41,514 bases of DNA from a bacterium (GTDB taxonomy: Bacteria > Sysuimicrobiota > Sysuimicrobiia > Sysuimicrobiales > Kaftiobacteriaceae). The position numbers and the translations under genes were made by a program. This document shows, in pieces, positions 33,623 through 41,514 of the stretch (position 1 is its first letter; each line of letters starts with the position of its first letter). The notes under the pieces were generated by a model. The model was not told the DNA's origin and searched no databases. It was given only the letters and a program-made list of their open reading frames with translations. The stretch is taken from assembly GCA_035574075.1 (NCBI GenBank), contig DATLZI010000187.1:1-41514 (forward strand). The letters run 5' to 3'.

Positions 33623-34078
33623 TTAGAACCCCCAGGGCCCCCGGGGGACGGGGACCGCCAGCCAGCGCACGAACATGAGGTAGAAGACCACCGGCACGAT
33701 AACGGCGGTCGACGCCGCGGAGCGCCACGACCCGCCGAGGAGCCGGACCAGCGCCAGCAGCAGGAGCGCCAGGCCGCCCAGCATCCCGACCACCGGGATG
33801 AGGAAGATCGCCGCCGCCGTGGCGGCGGCCGTCTCGAGCGCGACGGTCACCTCGCGGCGGGCGGCCGCGCGCTCCTCGGGCGCCGGATGCGCCGGCCCGG
33901 ACGCCGGCCGGGCCAGCAGCACAAGCGCGCAGAGGGCCAGGCCCGCGCCGATCCACAGCGGCGCGAAGCCCGGCCCGGGGATGCGGCCCATCCACAGGCC
34001 GAGCCGCACCGCCGTGATCATCGTGTAGACCGCAAACAGGAGGAGCAGCGCCCCCGTCAGATGATCCCACCGAGCCAC
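33623..34078 (-). CDS. tctB: TctB-family small membrane protein (system 2)
   Basis: GTG at 34076-34078 (VARWDHLTGALLLLFAVY...). 151 aa with 4 hydrophobic segments. The rest of track ORF 33623..35167 is off-frame shadow over tctC. Confidence 0.7.
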   Translation of the reverse strand: MARWDHLTGALLLLFAVYTMITAVRLGLWMGRIPGPGFAPLWIGAGLALCALVLLARPASGPAHPAPEERAAARREVTVALETAAATAAAIFLIPVVGMLGGLALLLLALVRLLGGSWRSAASTAVIVPVVFYLMFVRWLAVPVPRGPWGF

Positions 34079-34122
34079 GTCCGTCCCCCCGCCGCGTGGT
34101 CGCCGCGGTGCATCCTTCCGCT

Positions 34123-35097
34123 CTACTTGATCAGCCCGATCTCCCGGTAGAAATCGACGTACCGCTGGGCGACGGCTTCCACGGTGCGCTTCCACTCCGC
34201 CGGGCCCTGGCACATCGGGACGAGCATGTTGGCCTCGATGTACTCCTTCTGCCACTTCGGGCTGCGGCACAGCCGCTGGAAGGCGTTCCACATCGTCTGC
34301 ACGGCCTCGGCCGGCACGCCCGGGGGCATCGAGACCCCGCGGTACTGATCCCAGACGACGTCGTAGCCCAGCTCGCGGAACGTCGGGACGTCGGGCATGA
34401 TCGTCAGGCGCCGCGTCGAGGAGACGGCCAGGGCCCGCACCTTCTTCGCCCGGATCTGCTCGACCGCCTCCGCCGGGTTCAGCCACACCGACGAGACGTG
34501 GCCGCCGAGCATCGCCGTGAGGGCCGGGCCGCTGCCGCCGAACGGCACGTAGGTCATCTTGATCCCCGCGGCTTTCTCGAGCATCGCCGTGACGACGCGA
34601 TCGTCGGAGGCGATCGCCGAGCCGCCCACGCTGATCACCTCGGGCGTCGCCTTGCTCACCTTCACGATGTCCCCCACGGTGCGGTAGGCCGACTCGGCCC
34701 GAACGACGAGGAAGAACGTGTCCAGGGCCAGTCCGGCGAGCGGGGTGAAGTCGGTGACCTTGAACGGGGCCTGACTGACCAGGGGCGTGGTCCAGAAGCT
34801 GCCGCTGATCGTCGTCAGGACGTACGGGTCCCCCCGCTTGCTGAGGACGTAGCTCCACCCGACGGCCCCGCTGCCGCCGGGTTTGTTCGCGACGACGATC
34901 GGCACCGTGATGATCCGCTCCTCGGTCAGGATGCGGGCGATGGTCCGGGCCAGGATGTCGCTGCCGCCGCCCGCGCCGAACGGCACGACGAACTCGATCG
35001 GCTTGCTCGGGTAGGCCTGGCCGGACAGCGGAGCCGTAACCAGCAGGGCGACCAGCAGCCCCGCGACGGCGCCGCGGAGGATCCAGAAGACGCGCAT
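34123..35097 (-). CDS. tctC: TctC substrate-binding protein (system 2)
   Basis: ATG at 35095-35097 with GGAGGAGG 8 nt upstream. Gives signal peptide MRVFWILRGAVAGLLVALLVTAPLSG, then YPSKPIEFVVPFGAGGGSD. The alternative ATG at 35131-35133 overlaps the upstream stop (ATGA). Confidence 0.85.
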   Translation of the reverse strand: MRVFWILRGAVAGLLVALLVTAPLSGQAYPSKPIEFVVPFGAGGGSDILARTIARILTEERIITVPIVVANKPGGSGAVGWSYVLSKRGDPYVLTTISGSFWTTPLVSQAPFKVTDFTPLAGLALDTFFLVVRAESAYRTVGDIVKVSKATPEVISVGGSAIASDDRVVTAMLEKAAGIKMTYVPFGGSGPALTAMLGGHVSSVWLNPAEAVEQIRAKKVRALAVSSTRRLTIMPDVPTFRELGYDVVWDQYRGVSMPPGVPAEAVQTMWNAFQRLCRSPKWQKEYIEANMLVPMCQGPAEWKRTVEAVAQRYVDFYREIGLIK

Positions 35098-35129
35098 CGT
35101 GTCCACCTCCTCCGTGGTCTGCTCCCGCC

Positions 35130-36098
35130 TCATGGCACCTGGACGAGCACCTTGCGGCGCTCCACAAGGGTCCGGCCGTCCACGGTCACGGTCGGGTTGA
35201 GGATGATCGCGTCCACGTGGATCGCGCTCTCCACCAGCCCGCCGATCGTGTGGCTGTCGCCGATCCCGATGTGCACGACGCCGAGCAACACCTTGTCCTC
35301 GGCCATGTTGCCGCGCAGGCGCGACGCCGGGTTGGTGCCGATGGCGAACTCGGCGATGTTGCCCGCATTGGCGTCGGTGGCGATCAGCTCCCGGAAGACC
35401 TCGGCGCTGCGCCCCCCCTCCACCCGCACGATGCGCCCCCCGCGCACCTCGCAGCGGATGGGGGCGTCCAGGACGCCGACGTTGTCGATGGCGTGGTCGA
35501 AGACCACCACACCCTCGGCGGAGCCCTCCCGCGGCACGATGGGCGCCTCTCCGGTCGGGAAGGGCGTGAACGATCCCGGCTCGGTGGCGAAGCCGTCCAG
35601 GGTCAGCGCGGAGCGCCCGTCGATCCTGAGGTGCAGGTCCGTCCCCTCCGCGGAGGTGAGGTGCACGCTCGTCCCGGCGGTCAGCGCGGCGGCGATCTCC
35701 CTCGTCAGCCGGCGCACCGCGCGGTAGTCGGCGGTAGCCGCTCCCTCGGTCATGCTCTCCACGGTGACGCTGCGCAGCACCACGGCCCGCGCGCCCCGTG
35801 CGCTGGCGTCCCGCCGGGCGGTGGTGTGCGTGATGGAGTGCTTCACCGCCATCAGCATCACGTCGCTGGCCAGCATCGCGGCGGCCAGCACGCGGGGCGG
35901 ATCGTTCCCGTGCTGGGCGCGCGGATCCATGATCGCCAGGACGACGTCTCCGCCGCGCTCACGGGCCGCGTCAGCCAGCACGTCCGCGATCTCCCGGGTC
36001 GTCGTGTCGCCGATGACCAGGACGTGCTCGCCCGGCCGGAGGGCCACGCAGTGCTCGACCAGCATGCGGGCCGTGCGCATCATCGCCTCGCGGCTCAT
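35130..36098 (-). CDS. M29 aminopeptidase / NicX-like metalloenzyme, paralog 2
   Basis: 322 aa with FPTGEAPIVP, NIAEFAIGTNP, VVHIGIGDS and AIHVDAI (an E/E/H/H/D-like set). Confidence 0.8.
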   Translation of the reverse strand: MSREAMMRTARMLVEHCVALRPGEHVLVIGDTTTREIADVLADAARERGGDVVLAIMDPRAQHGNDPPRVLAAAMLASDVMLMAVKHSITHTTARRDASARGARAVVLRSVTVESMTEGAATADYRAVRRLTREIAAALTAGTSVHLTSAEGTDLHLRIDGRSALTLDGFATEPGSFTPFPTGEAPIVPREGSAEGVVVFDHAIDNVGVLDAPIRCEVRGGRIVRVEGGRSAEVFRELIATDANAGNIAEFAIGTNPASRLRGNMAEDKVLLGVVHIGIGDSHTIGGLVESAIHVDAIILNPTVTVDGRTLVERRKVLVQVP

Positions 36099-36103
36099 CC
36101 TCT

Positions 36104-36113
36104 CCCCCCCCCC
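36104..36113. repeat. C10 (G10 on the coding strand) homopolymer in the ribosome-binding region of M29-like paralog 2
   Basis: Minus strand reads TGA GGGACGTCC GGGGGGGGGG AGAGG ATG. Ten consecutive C at 36104-36113. Confidence 0.9.
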
Positions 36114-36122
36114 GGACGTCCC

Positions 36123-36902
36123 TCAGAGGACCCGAACCAGCCCTCCGTCCACCACGATCTGCTGCCCCGTGATGTAGCTGGCCCGCGGCGAGGCCAGGAA
36201 GACGATCACCGCCGCCACCTCCGCGGGATCCCCGTGCCGCCCCAGCGGCACCTCCGCGGCGTCGCGGGCCAGCGCCTCCTCCGCGGGCAGGCCCTGCCGG
36301 GCGGCTTCGGCGAGCAGGCGCGCCCGGCGGCGCTCGGAGAGCACCCGCCCCGGGGCGACGCAGTTCACCGCGATCTGCTGCGGGGCCAGCTCGTCGGCCA
36401 GGCTGCGGGTCAGGTTGGCGAGGGCGGCTTTCGCCGCGTTGCTCGGCGCCTGCCCGCGATGCGGCTGCTTCCCCGAGGCCGCGCCGACCAGGACGACGCG
36501 GCCGCCCGCGGGGATGAAGGGCAGCGCGCTGCGCACGAGGCGCACGGCCGAGAAGAAGTCGACCTCGAACGCCTCGCGCCACGTCGCCTCATCCACCTCG
36601 CGGAAGGTGCCGCGGAAGCTGCGGCCCACGGCGTCGATCACCGCGTCGAACTGCCCCAGGAAGTCGCGCGCCGCGCCGACGAGCCGCTCGACCTGCGCGG
36701 GATCGGTGATGTCGGCCGGGATCTCTCGCACCTCCCCGCCCCGCTGGCGCACCGCCTCCGCCGTCGCGCGCAGCGCCTCGGGATCGCGGCCGGCCACCGC
36801 CAGGCGCGCGCCTTCGGCGGCGAGCAGCTCCGCGGCGGCCCGGCCGATGCCGCGTGTCCCTCCCGCCAGGAGCACGCCCTTGCCGCGGAGGTGCAGCTCC
36901 AT
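36123..36902 (-). CDS. Short-chain dehydrogenase/reductase (SDR) family protein lacking the canonical catalytic Tyr
   Basis: 259 aa with the classical cofactor motif GGTRGIG and NCVAPG. The YxxxK position reads S-N-A-A-K. Confidence 0.85.
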   Translation of the reverse strand: MELHLRGKGVLLAGGTRGIGRAAAELLAAEGARLAVAGRDPEALRATAEAVRQRGGEVREIPADITDPAQVERLVGAARDFLGQFDAVIDAVGRSFRGTFREVDEATWREAFEVDFFSAVRLVRSALPFIPAGGRVVLVGAASGKQPHRGQAPSNAAKAALANLTRSLADELAPQQIAVNCVAPGRVLSERRRARLLAEAARQGLPAEEALARDAAEVPLGRHGDPAEVAAVIVFLASPRASYITGQQIVVDGGLVRVL

Positions 36903-36916
36903 TACGACATTACGAC
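36901..36916. repeat. Perfect tandem 8-nt duplication ATTACGAC x2 at the tctA/SDR junction
   Basis: Read directly from the sequence. The minus-strand copies GTCGTAAT-GTCGTAAT carry the tctA TAA stop and the SDR ATG respectively. Confidence 0.9.
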
Positions 36917-38421
36917 GGCGCCGACGCCGCGCTCACAGCCCGCGCCCGCCGGTCCTCGCGGAGCTGGCGGACGATCGGCCAGAGCAGGGTGAGGATGGCC
37001 AGGGCGAGCAGCGCCGCTGAGATCGGCCGGGTGAAGAAGACCCAGGGGTTGCCCAGGGCGATGAGCAGCGACCGGCGCAGGTTGACCTCGACCATGAAAC
37101 CCAGGACCAGCCCCAGCACCATGGCCAGGATGTTGAAGCCGTAGCGCCGCATCACGAAGCCCACCAGGCCCGTGGCCAGGACCACCCAGACCTCGAACAT
37201 GCTGTTGTTGATCGAGTAGGCGCCGACCAGAACCAGGCCGAGGATGCCGGCGTAGAGCAGCGGCGGCCGCACGTTGACCAGGGCGATGGAGGGCCGCAGG
37301 GCGAGGTAGCCGAGGACGAGCATCATGACGTTCGCCACCAGCATCCCAACGAACAGGCCGTAGACGATCTGCGGCGTGCGCTCGAACAACGCCGGGCCCG
37401 GCTGGATGCCGTGCAGCATCATCGCCGCCAGCATGATCGCCGCCGAGTTGCTGCCCGGGATGCCGAAGGTGAGCAGCGGGATCATCGCCGTGCCTGTGAC
37501 GACGTTGTTCGCCGTCTCCGGCGCGGCGACGCCTTCCAGCGCGCCGTGCCCGAACTCCTCGGGGGTCTTCGACCAGCGACGCGCCTCGTTGTACGAGATG
37601 AAGGCGGCGATGGCGCCGCCCCCGCCGGGGAGGAGCCCCTCGATCGTCCCCATCACGATCCCGATGAACGTCGCCACGCGCAGCTTCCACAGCTCGAGCA
37701 GGGTGGGCAGGTCGGTGCGGTACTTCCCGCGCACCTGCTCCCAGTTCGCGCCTTCGGCGATGCGGGTGAAGATCTCGGACACCGCGAACAGGCCGATCAT
37801 CCCGGCCACCAGGGCGACCCCGCCCAGCAGGTCGATCGTGCCAAAGGTGAAGCGCGGGGTGCCGGAGAACGGATCGGTCCCCGCGGTGGCCAGGATCAGG
37901 CCGAGCACCCCGGAGATCGCGCCCTTCACGAGGTCGCGGCCGACGAAGCTGCTGATCAGGGCCAGGCCGAAGACGCCCAGGGCGAAGTACTCCGGCGGCC
38001 CGAAGGCCAGAGCCACCCTCGAGAGGGGCACGGCCATGGCCACGAGGATGAAGACGCTGGCGATGCCGCCGATCGTGCCGGTGATCAGGGACACGCCGAG
38101 GGCCTTTCCGCTCTGGCCCTTCTTGTGCAGCTCGTAGCCGTCGATCACGGTGGCCGCGGCGCCCGGCGTGCCCGGCGTGCTGATCAGGATGGCGGTGATC
38201 GAGCCGCCGTACATCGCGCCGATGTAGACGCCGGCCAGCATCATCAGGGCCACCGCGGGATCCATGCCGAAGGTCAGCGGCAGGAGCAGGGCCATGGCGA
38301 TCGAGCCGGAGATCCCCGGCATCGCCCCGCCCAGGATGCCCCAGGCCACGCCGAGGAGCATCATCAGCAGGGACAGCGGCTGGAACGCGATCTGGGCGCC
38401 GAGGGCGAAGCGTTCGATCAC
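36910..38421 (-). CDS. tctA: Tripartite tricarboxylate transporter permease TctA (system 3)
   Basis: 503 aa with GAMPGISGS and YIGAMYGGSITAILISTPGTP. GTG start overlaps the tctB stop (GTGA). Confidence 0.9.
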   Translation of the reverse strand: MIERFALGAQIAFQPLSLLMMLLGVAWGILGGAMPGISGSIAMALLLPLTFGMDPAVALMMLAGVYIGAMYGGSITAILISTPGTPGAAATVIDGYELHKKGQSGKALGVSLITGTIGGIASVFILVAMAVPLSRVALAFGPPEYFALGVFGLALISSFVGRDLVKGAISGVLGLILATAGTDPFSGTPRFTFGTIDLLGGVALVAGMIGLFAVSEIFTRIAEGANWEQVRGKYRTDLPTLLELWKLRVATFIGIVMGTIEGLLPGGGGAIAAFISYNEARRWSKTPEEFGHGALEGVAAPETANNVVTGTAMIPLLTFGIPGSNSAAIMLAAMMLHGIQPGPALFERTPQIVYGLFVGMLVANVMMLVLGYLALRPSIALVNVRPPLLYAGILGLVLVGAYSINNSMFEVWVVLATGLVGFVMRRYGFNILAMVLGLVLGFMVEVNLRRSLLIALGNPWVFFTRPISAALLALAILTLLWPIVRQLREDRRARAVSAASAPS

Positions 38422-38864
38422 CGCAGCACCCCCATCGGCAGCAGGACGTGCAGGGCCCGGGCGAAGACGATGTACAGCACGGCGGTGATCCCCAGCGCCG
38501 TACCGACCAGCGTCAGCCAGGCGCGCAGCCCCAGGGCATAGATCACGCCGCCCAGCAGGATCGGGGTGGCGAGGAGGAAGCCGACCCGCGGCATGAGCAG
38601 GGCGTAGGCCACGAGCAGGCCGAGCACCGCGGCGAACGGCCCGCCGCGGATGGCAGGCGGGCGGGACGGGTCCGACCGTCCCGCCAGCGCCCGCACGACG
38701 AGGAGCACGGCCAGGACGCCGAGGGTCAGCGCCAGCAGGCGCGGGAAGGCCGCCGGCCCCAGCCGGTCGGAGGCGAAGCCACGGCGGATCAGGAACGACT
38801 GCTGCGCGTACAGCGCCGTGAACGCCAGCAGCGCCAGCCCGGTGATGAGATCCGCGCGCCGCAT
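38418..38864 (-). CDS. tctB: TctB-family small membrane protein (system 3)
   Basis: 148 aa with 4 hydrophobic segments. ATG lies 13 nt after the tctC stop, preceded by GGAGGCGG. Confidence 0.8.
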   Translation of the reverse strand: MRRADLITGLALLAFTALYAQQSFLIRRGFASDRLGPAAFPRLLALTLGVLAVLLVVRALAGRSDPSRPPAIRGGPFAAVLGLLVAYALLMPRVGFLLATPILLGGVIYALGLRAWLTLVGTALGITAVLYIVFARALHVLLPMGVLR

Positions 38865-38877
38865 CCGGAGCCGCCTC

Positions 38878-39837
38878 CTACTGGATCACGCCGATTTCCT
38901 TCATGTAGCGCCGCAGCGTCTGGTTCATCCGGTGCAGGTAGGCGTTGTACTGCTTGCTGTCCATGTAGGCCGGCAGCAGGTAGACGGAGGTGTAGTAGGC
39001 GCGGTAGGCGGGCTTGGCCAGAACCTGTTTGATGGCGTTCTCCCAGTACGCCACCGCCGCCGGGTCCATGCCCTTCGGCCCGAGCAGGCCGCGGAATTTC
39101 TCCACCACGATGTCCACACCCTGCTCCTTCGCCGTGGGGATGGTGGTGCCGGGCAGCCGCTGCGCGGTGAAGGAGTTCACCACCCGCACCTGGCCGGCCT
39201 GGACCTGGGCCGCCACCTCCGCGTACTCGCCGACACCCAGGTCGACGTGGCCGCCGAGCACGGCGAGCAGCAGGTCGCCGCCGCCCTCGAACGTCACTGG
39301 CTGCACCTGCACCTTGGCTACCTTCTGCAGCTGGTGGGCGATCATGTGCTCGACGGAGCCCGGCGTGGCGGCGCCGAAGCGCACCGTCCCGGGCCGCTGC
39401 TTGGCCGCGGCGATGATGTCGGTGAGCGTCTTCCACGGCGAGTCGGCCTTGACGTAGAGGATCATCGGGTCGAAGAAGACGTTGGCCACGGGCTGCAGGT
39501 CGAGGAAGGAGTGGGGCGTCTTGGTCAGGATCGGCGTCTGCAGCATCGTCGGCGTGCTGCCGTAGAGGATGTAGCCGTCCTTCGGACTCGTGGCGACGTA
39601 GGTCACGGCGCGCGCCGACGACCCGCCGCTGCGGTTCTCGACGACGATCGGCACGGGAACGATGCCCTCCAGGTGCTTGGCGAGGTTGCGCAGGAAGATG
39701 TCGCCCCCGGCTCCCGGACTGCTGTGCGTGACCAGGATGATAGGCTTGGTCGGATACGATCCCTGGCCGAGCGCGCCCACGGCGAGCACCAGCACGGCCG
39801 CGAGCGCCAGGACTGCCGCTGATCCCTTCACGGTCAT
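38878..39837 (-). CDS. tctC: TctC substrate-binding protein (system 3)
   Basis: 319 aa. Signal peptide MTVKGSAAVLALAAVLVLAVGALG, then YPTKPIILVTHSSPGAGGD. SD GGGGGAGGG upstream. Confidence 0.85.
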   Translation of the reverse strand: MTVKGSAAVLALAAVLVLAVGALGQGSYPTKPIILVTHSSPGAGGDIFLRNLAKHLEGIVPVPIVVENRSGGSSARAVTYVATSPKDGYILYGSTPTMLQTPILTKTPHSFLDLQPVANVFFDPMILYVKADSPWKTLTDIIAAAKQRPGTVRFGAATPGSVEHMIAHQLQKVAKVQVQPVTFEGGGDLLLAVLGGHVDLGVGEYAEVAAQVQAGQVRVVNSFTAQRLPGTTIPTAKEQGVDIVVEKFRGLLGPKGMDPAAVAYWENAIKQVLAKPAYRAYYTSVYLLPAYMDSKQYNAYLHRMNQTLRRYMKEIGVIQ

Positions 39838-39868
39838 GACCCTCCCCCTTTCGATGATGCTGCCCCCC

Positions 39869-40849
39869 TCATCCGTCCTTCGCGAACACCGGCTCCCCCC
39901 TATCGAGCACGACCTGATCGTCCAGCGTCACCGTCGGCCGCAGCAGGACGATGTCCAGGTGGATCGCGCTGTCCACCGTACCGGCCAGGCTGAGGTTGTC
40001 GCCGAGGGCGACGTGGGCCTGGCCCAGTTTCTTCTTGATCTCCCGGGACTTCGGGATCAGGCGGCAGGCCGGATTCGTGCCGAGGGCCAGCTCCGCCGCG
40101 AAGTTGCGGGCCCCCGGATCTTTGCGGGCCAGGATCGCGGCCAGCTGCTGGGCCTGCGCGCCGCCCTCCACCCGGGTGATCTGGCCGGCGCGGGCCTCCA
40201 GATGGAACGGCTCGGTGACCGGTCCGATCTTCTCGATCAGGTATGGGTTGACCAGGACGCCCTCCGTGCGCCCCTCCAGCGGGGCGATCGCCGCCTCGCC
40301 GTCCGGCAGGCCGGAGAAGGTGCCCGGCTCGCGGGCGAACCCGGAGAGGGCGAAGGCCGGCCGGCCAGTGAGGTCCAGGGTGAGGTCGGTGCCCTCCGGC
40401 GTGGTGATCCGCGCCCGCCGGGCGGCGGTGAGCAGGGCCACGCCCCGGCGCGTGATGCGGTCCACTTCGTCGTAATCGGCCGTCATCCCGCCCCGGACCA
40501 TCATCTCCTCGTCCACCTCGCGGATATTGCAGACCCGTGCGCCAGCGCGCAGGGCCTCCCGCTCGGCGTTGGTGTGGGTCATCGAATGGGACGTCTGCAC
40601 GATGATGCAGTCCGCTTCGCGCATCGCCGCGGCCACCGCCGCCGGCGGCTCCTCGCCGCCCATCTCCCGCGCCGGCATCGTCACGACCACGGTCTGCAGG
40701 CCGTACACCGCCGCCGTCGTGGTGAGCAGATCGGTGATCGTGCGCGGGCGCTCGAAGTCGGTGACGATGACCAGCCGCTCGCCGGGCCGCACGGCGAGAA
40801 CCTGCTCCATCATCCGGCGGGCGGTGCCGGCCATCGCTGCAGGGTTCAT
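39869..40849 (-). CDS. M29 aminopeptidase / NicX-like metalloenzyme, paralog 3
   Basis: 326 aa with LPDGEAAIAP, NFAAELALGTNP, AHVALGDN and AIHLDIV. ATG overlaps the regulator's stop (ATGA at 40846-40849). Confidence 0.8.
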   Translation of the reverse strand: MNPAAMAGTARRMMEQVLAVRPGERLVIVTDFERPRTITDLLTTTAAVYGLQTVVVTMPAREMGGEEPPAAVAAAMREADCIIVQTSHSMTHTNAEREALRAGARVCNIREVDEEMMVRGGMTADYDEVDRITRRGVALLTAARRARITTPEGTDLTLDLTGRPAFALSGFAREPGTFSGLPDGEAAIAPLEGRTEGVLVNPYLIEKIGPVTEPFHLEARAGQITRVEGGAQAQQLAAILARKDPGARNFAAELALGTNPACRLIPKSREIKKKLGQAHVALGDNLSLAGTVDSAIHLDIVLLRPTVTLDDQVVLDRGEPVFAKDG

Positions 40850-41514
40850 CGGGCCCTCCGCAGCCCGCCGTTGCGGCGCTGCTCGATCAGCTGGGCGCGC
40901 GCCGCGCGCCAGGCGTGCATGATGTGCTCCTCCACGGCGGCGCGCGCGCCCGCCGCGTCGCCGCGCTCGATCAGGCGGACGATCGTCTTGTGCTCGGCGA
41001 TGGACCGCGAGCGCCGACCGGGGTAGGAGAGCGACTCGACGCGCAGCAGGACAATGCGGTCGCGCAGGTTGGCGATCAGCGTCTGCAGCAGGGCGTTGCC
41101 GCAGCCCGCGGCGATCTCGTCGTGGAAGGCGTTGTTCGCGGAGAGCACGGCGGCCGGCTGCCGGCGGGCCAGGGCGCGCTCGGCCTCGGCGATCTGCGCG
41201 CGCAGCCGCTCCACCGCCGCCTCGGTGGCGCGCGCCGTGAACAGCGCCGTGGCCTGGCCTTCCAGGGCGGCGCGGGTCTCGTAGAGCTGGCGCGCGCCGT
41301 CCAGGGTGGGCCGCGTCACGGTCGGCCCCTTGTAGGGCACCGTGGTGATCAGACCCTCCAGCTCGAGCTTGCGCAGCGCCTCGCGGATCGGCGTGCGGCT
41401 CACCCCCAGGCGGCTGACCAGCTCGCGCTCGCGCAGCCGCTGGCCGGGCTGGAAGCGCCCGATGAGGATCGCCTCGCGCAGCTTGCGGAAGACCAGCTCC
41501 CGCGCCGGCAGGTT
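40846..41514 (-). CDS. GntR-family regulator with FCD domain, 5'-partial (runs off the right edge)
   Basis: The frame is open to 41514. It reads NLPARELVFRKLREAILIGRFQPGQRLRERELVSRLGVSRTPIREALRKLE, then an FCD-like domain. The track start at 41403 is an internal GTG inside the HTH. Confidence 0.85.
   Translation of the reverse strand, partial: NLPARELVFRKLREAILIGRFQPGQRLRERELVSRLGVSRTPIREALRKLELEGLITTVPYKGPTVTRPTLDGARQLYETRAALEGQATALFTARATEAAVERLRAQIAEAERALARRQPAAVLSANNAFHDEIAAGCGNALLQTLIANLRDRIVLLRVESLSYPGRRSRSIAEHKTIVRLIERGDAAGARAAVEEHIMHAWRAARAQLIEQRRNGGLRRAR

Noticed and set aside
31832-34150. 772-aa plus-strand ORF and 667-aa minus-strand ORF (32067..34070) over tctA/tctB system 2
   Set aside because: Both are off-frame or antisense to a clearly recognisable TctA. 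Their sequences are R/G/P/H-rich without domains.
35131-35133. Track start (ATG overlapping the upstream TGA) for tctC system 2
   Set aside because: It is plausible as a coupling start, but it adds an acidic 12-residue extension before the signal peptide. The ATG at 35095-35097 has a strong GGAGGAGG SD and matches the length of the other TctC proteins. It is kept as an alternative.
1-41514. Search for CRISPR arrays, tRNA/rRNA genes, transposases, integrases and phage genes
   Set aside because: I saw no regularly spaced direct repeats, no cloverleaf-like or rRNA-like segments in the few non-coding gaps, and no ORF with DDE, tyrosine-recombinase or serine-recombinase hallmarks.
29637-41514. 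Recent tandem duplication or assembly collapse as the origin of the repeated M29-like/Tct modules
   Set aside because: The paralogous proteins share only motif-level identity (compare the TctA and TctC N-termini). I see no long nucleotide repeats, so the modules are anciently diverged.

Overview
Gene-dense, very GC-rich window (roughly 70% G+C by eye, not computed). Real genes show GGAGG-type Shine-Dalgarno sites and strong G/C preference at codon position 3. The long R/G/P/A-rich ORFs in the track are antisense or off-frame shadows of them. I support 41 protein-coding genes, 32 on the minus strand. I recognise no rRNA, tRNA, CRISPR array, transposase, integrase or phage gene.

Content from left to right:
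- 32-5394: housekeeping genes (MBL hydrolase, SppA, zincin-like peptidase, two thioredoxin-fold proteins, glnA).
- 5514-8492: a DUF488 gene, then an FAD reductase abutting a histidine-rich 12-TM membrane protein.
- 8464-18262: a minus-strand lactate/pyruvate block (alpha/beta hydrolase, L-lactate permease, TctCBA transporter, three-gene pyruvate/2-oxoacid:ferredoxin oxidoreductase, FadR-type GntR regulator). PdhR/LldR-like ATTGGT half-sites lie in the regulator's promoter.
- 18469-19792: an ATP-grasp gene followed by a well-supported 72-codon ORF.
- 19978-23963: a CodA-family amidohydrolase with altered active-site residues, plus an NMT1-type ABC importer.
- 24023-25520: a DUF2652 (cyclase-like) + SRPBCC fusion, translationally coupled to an unknown 142-aa protein.
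- 25572-29460: PdxA-family dehydrogenase, secreted two-domain blue-copper protein, DUF4015 glycoside-hydrolase-like protein, DinB.
- 29637-41514: the most unusual region. It is a 12-gene co-directional array with all gaps 44 nt or less. It contains three modules of 'M29/NicX-like metalloenzyme followed by a carboxylate importer' (two TctCBA systems, one DASS permease), an SDR lacking the catalytic Tyr, and a GntR regulator at its head that runs off the window.

All functional calls rest on motif recognition by eye; no database search was run.
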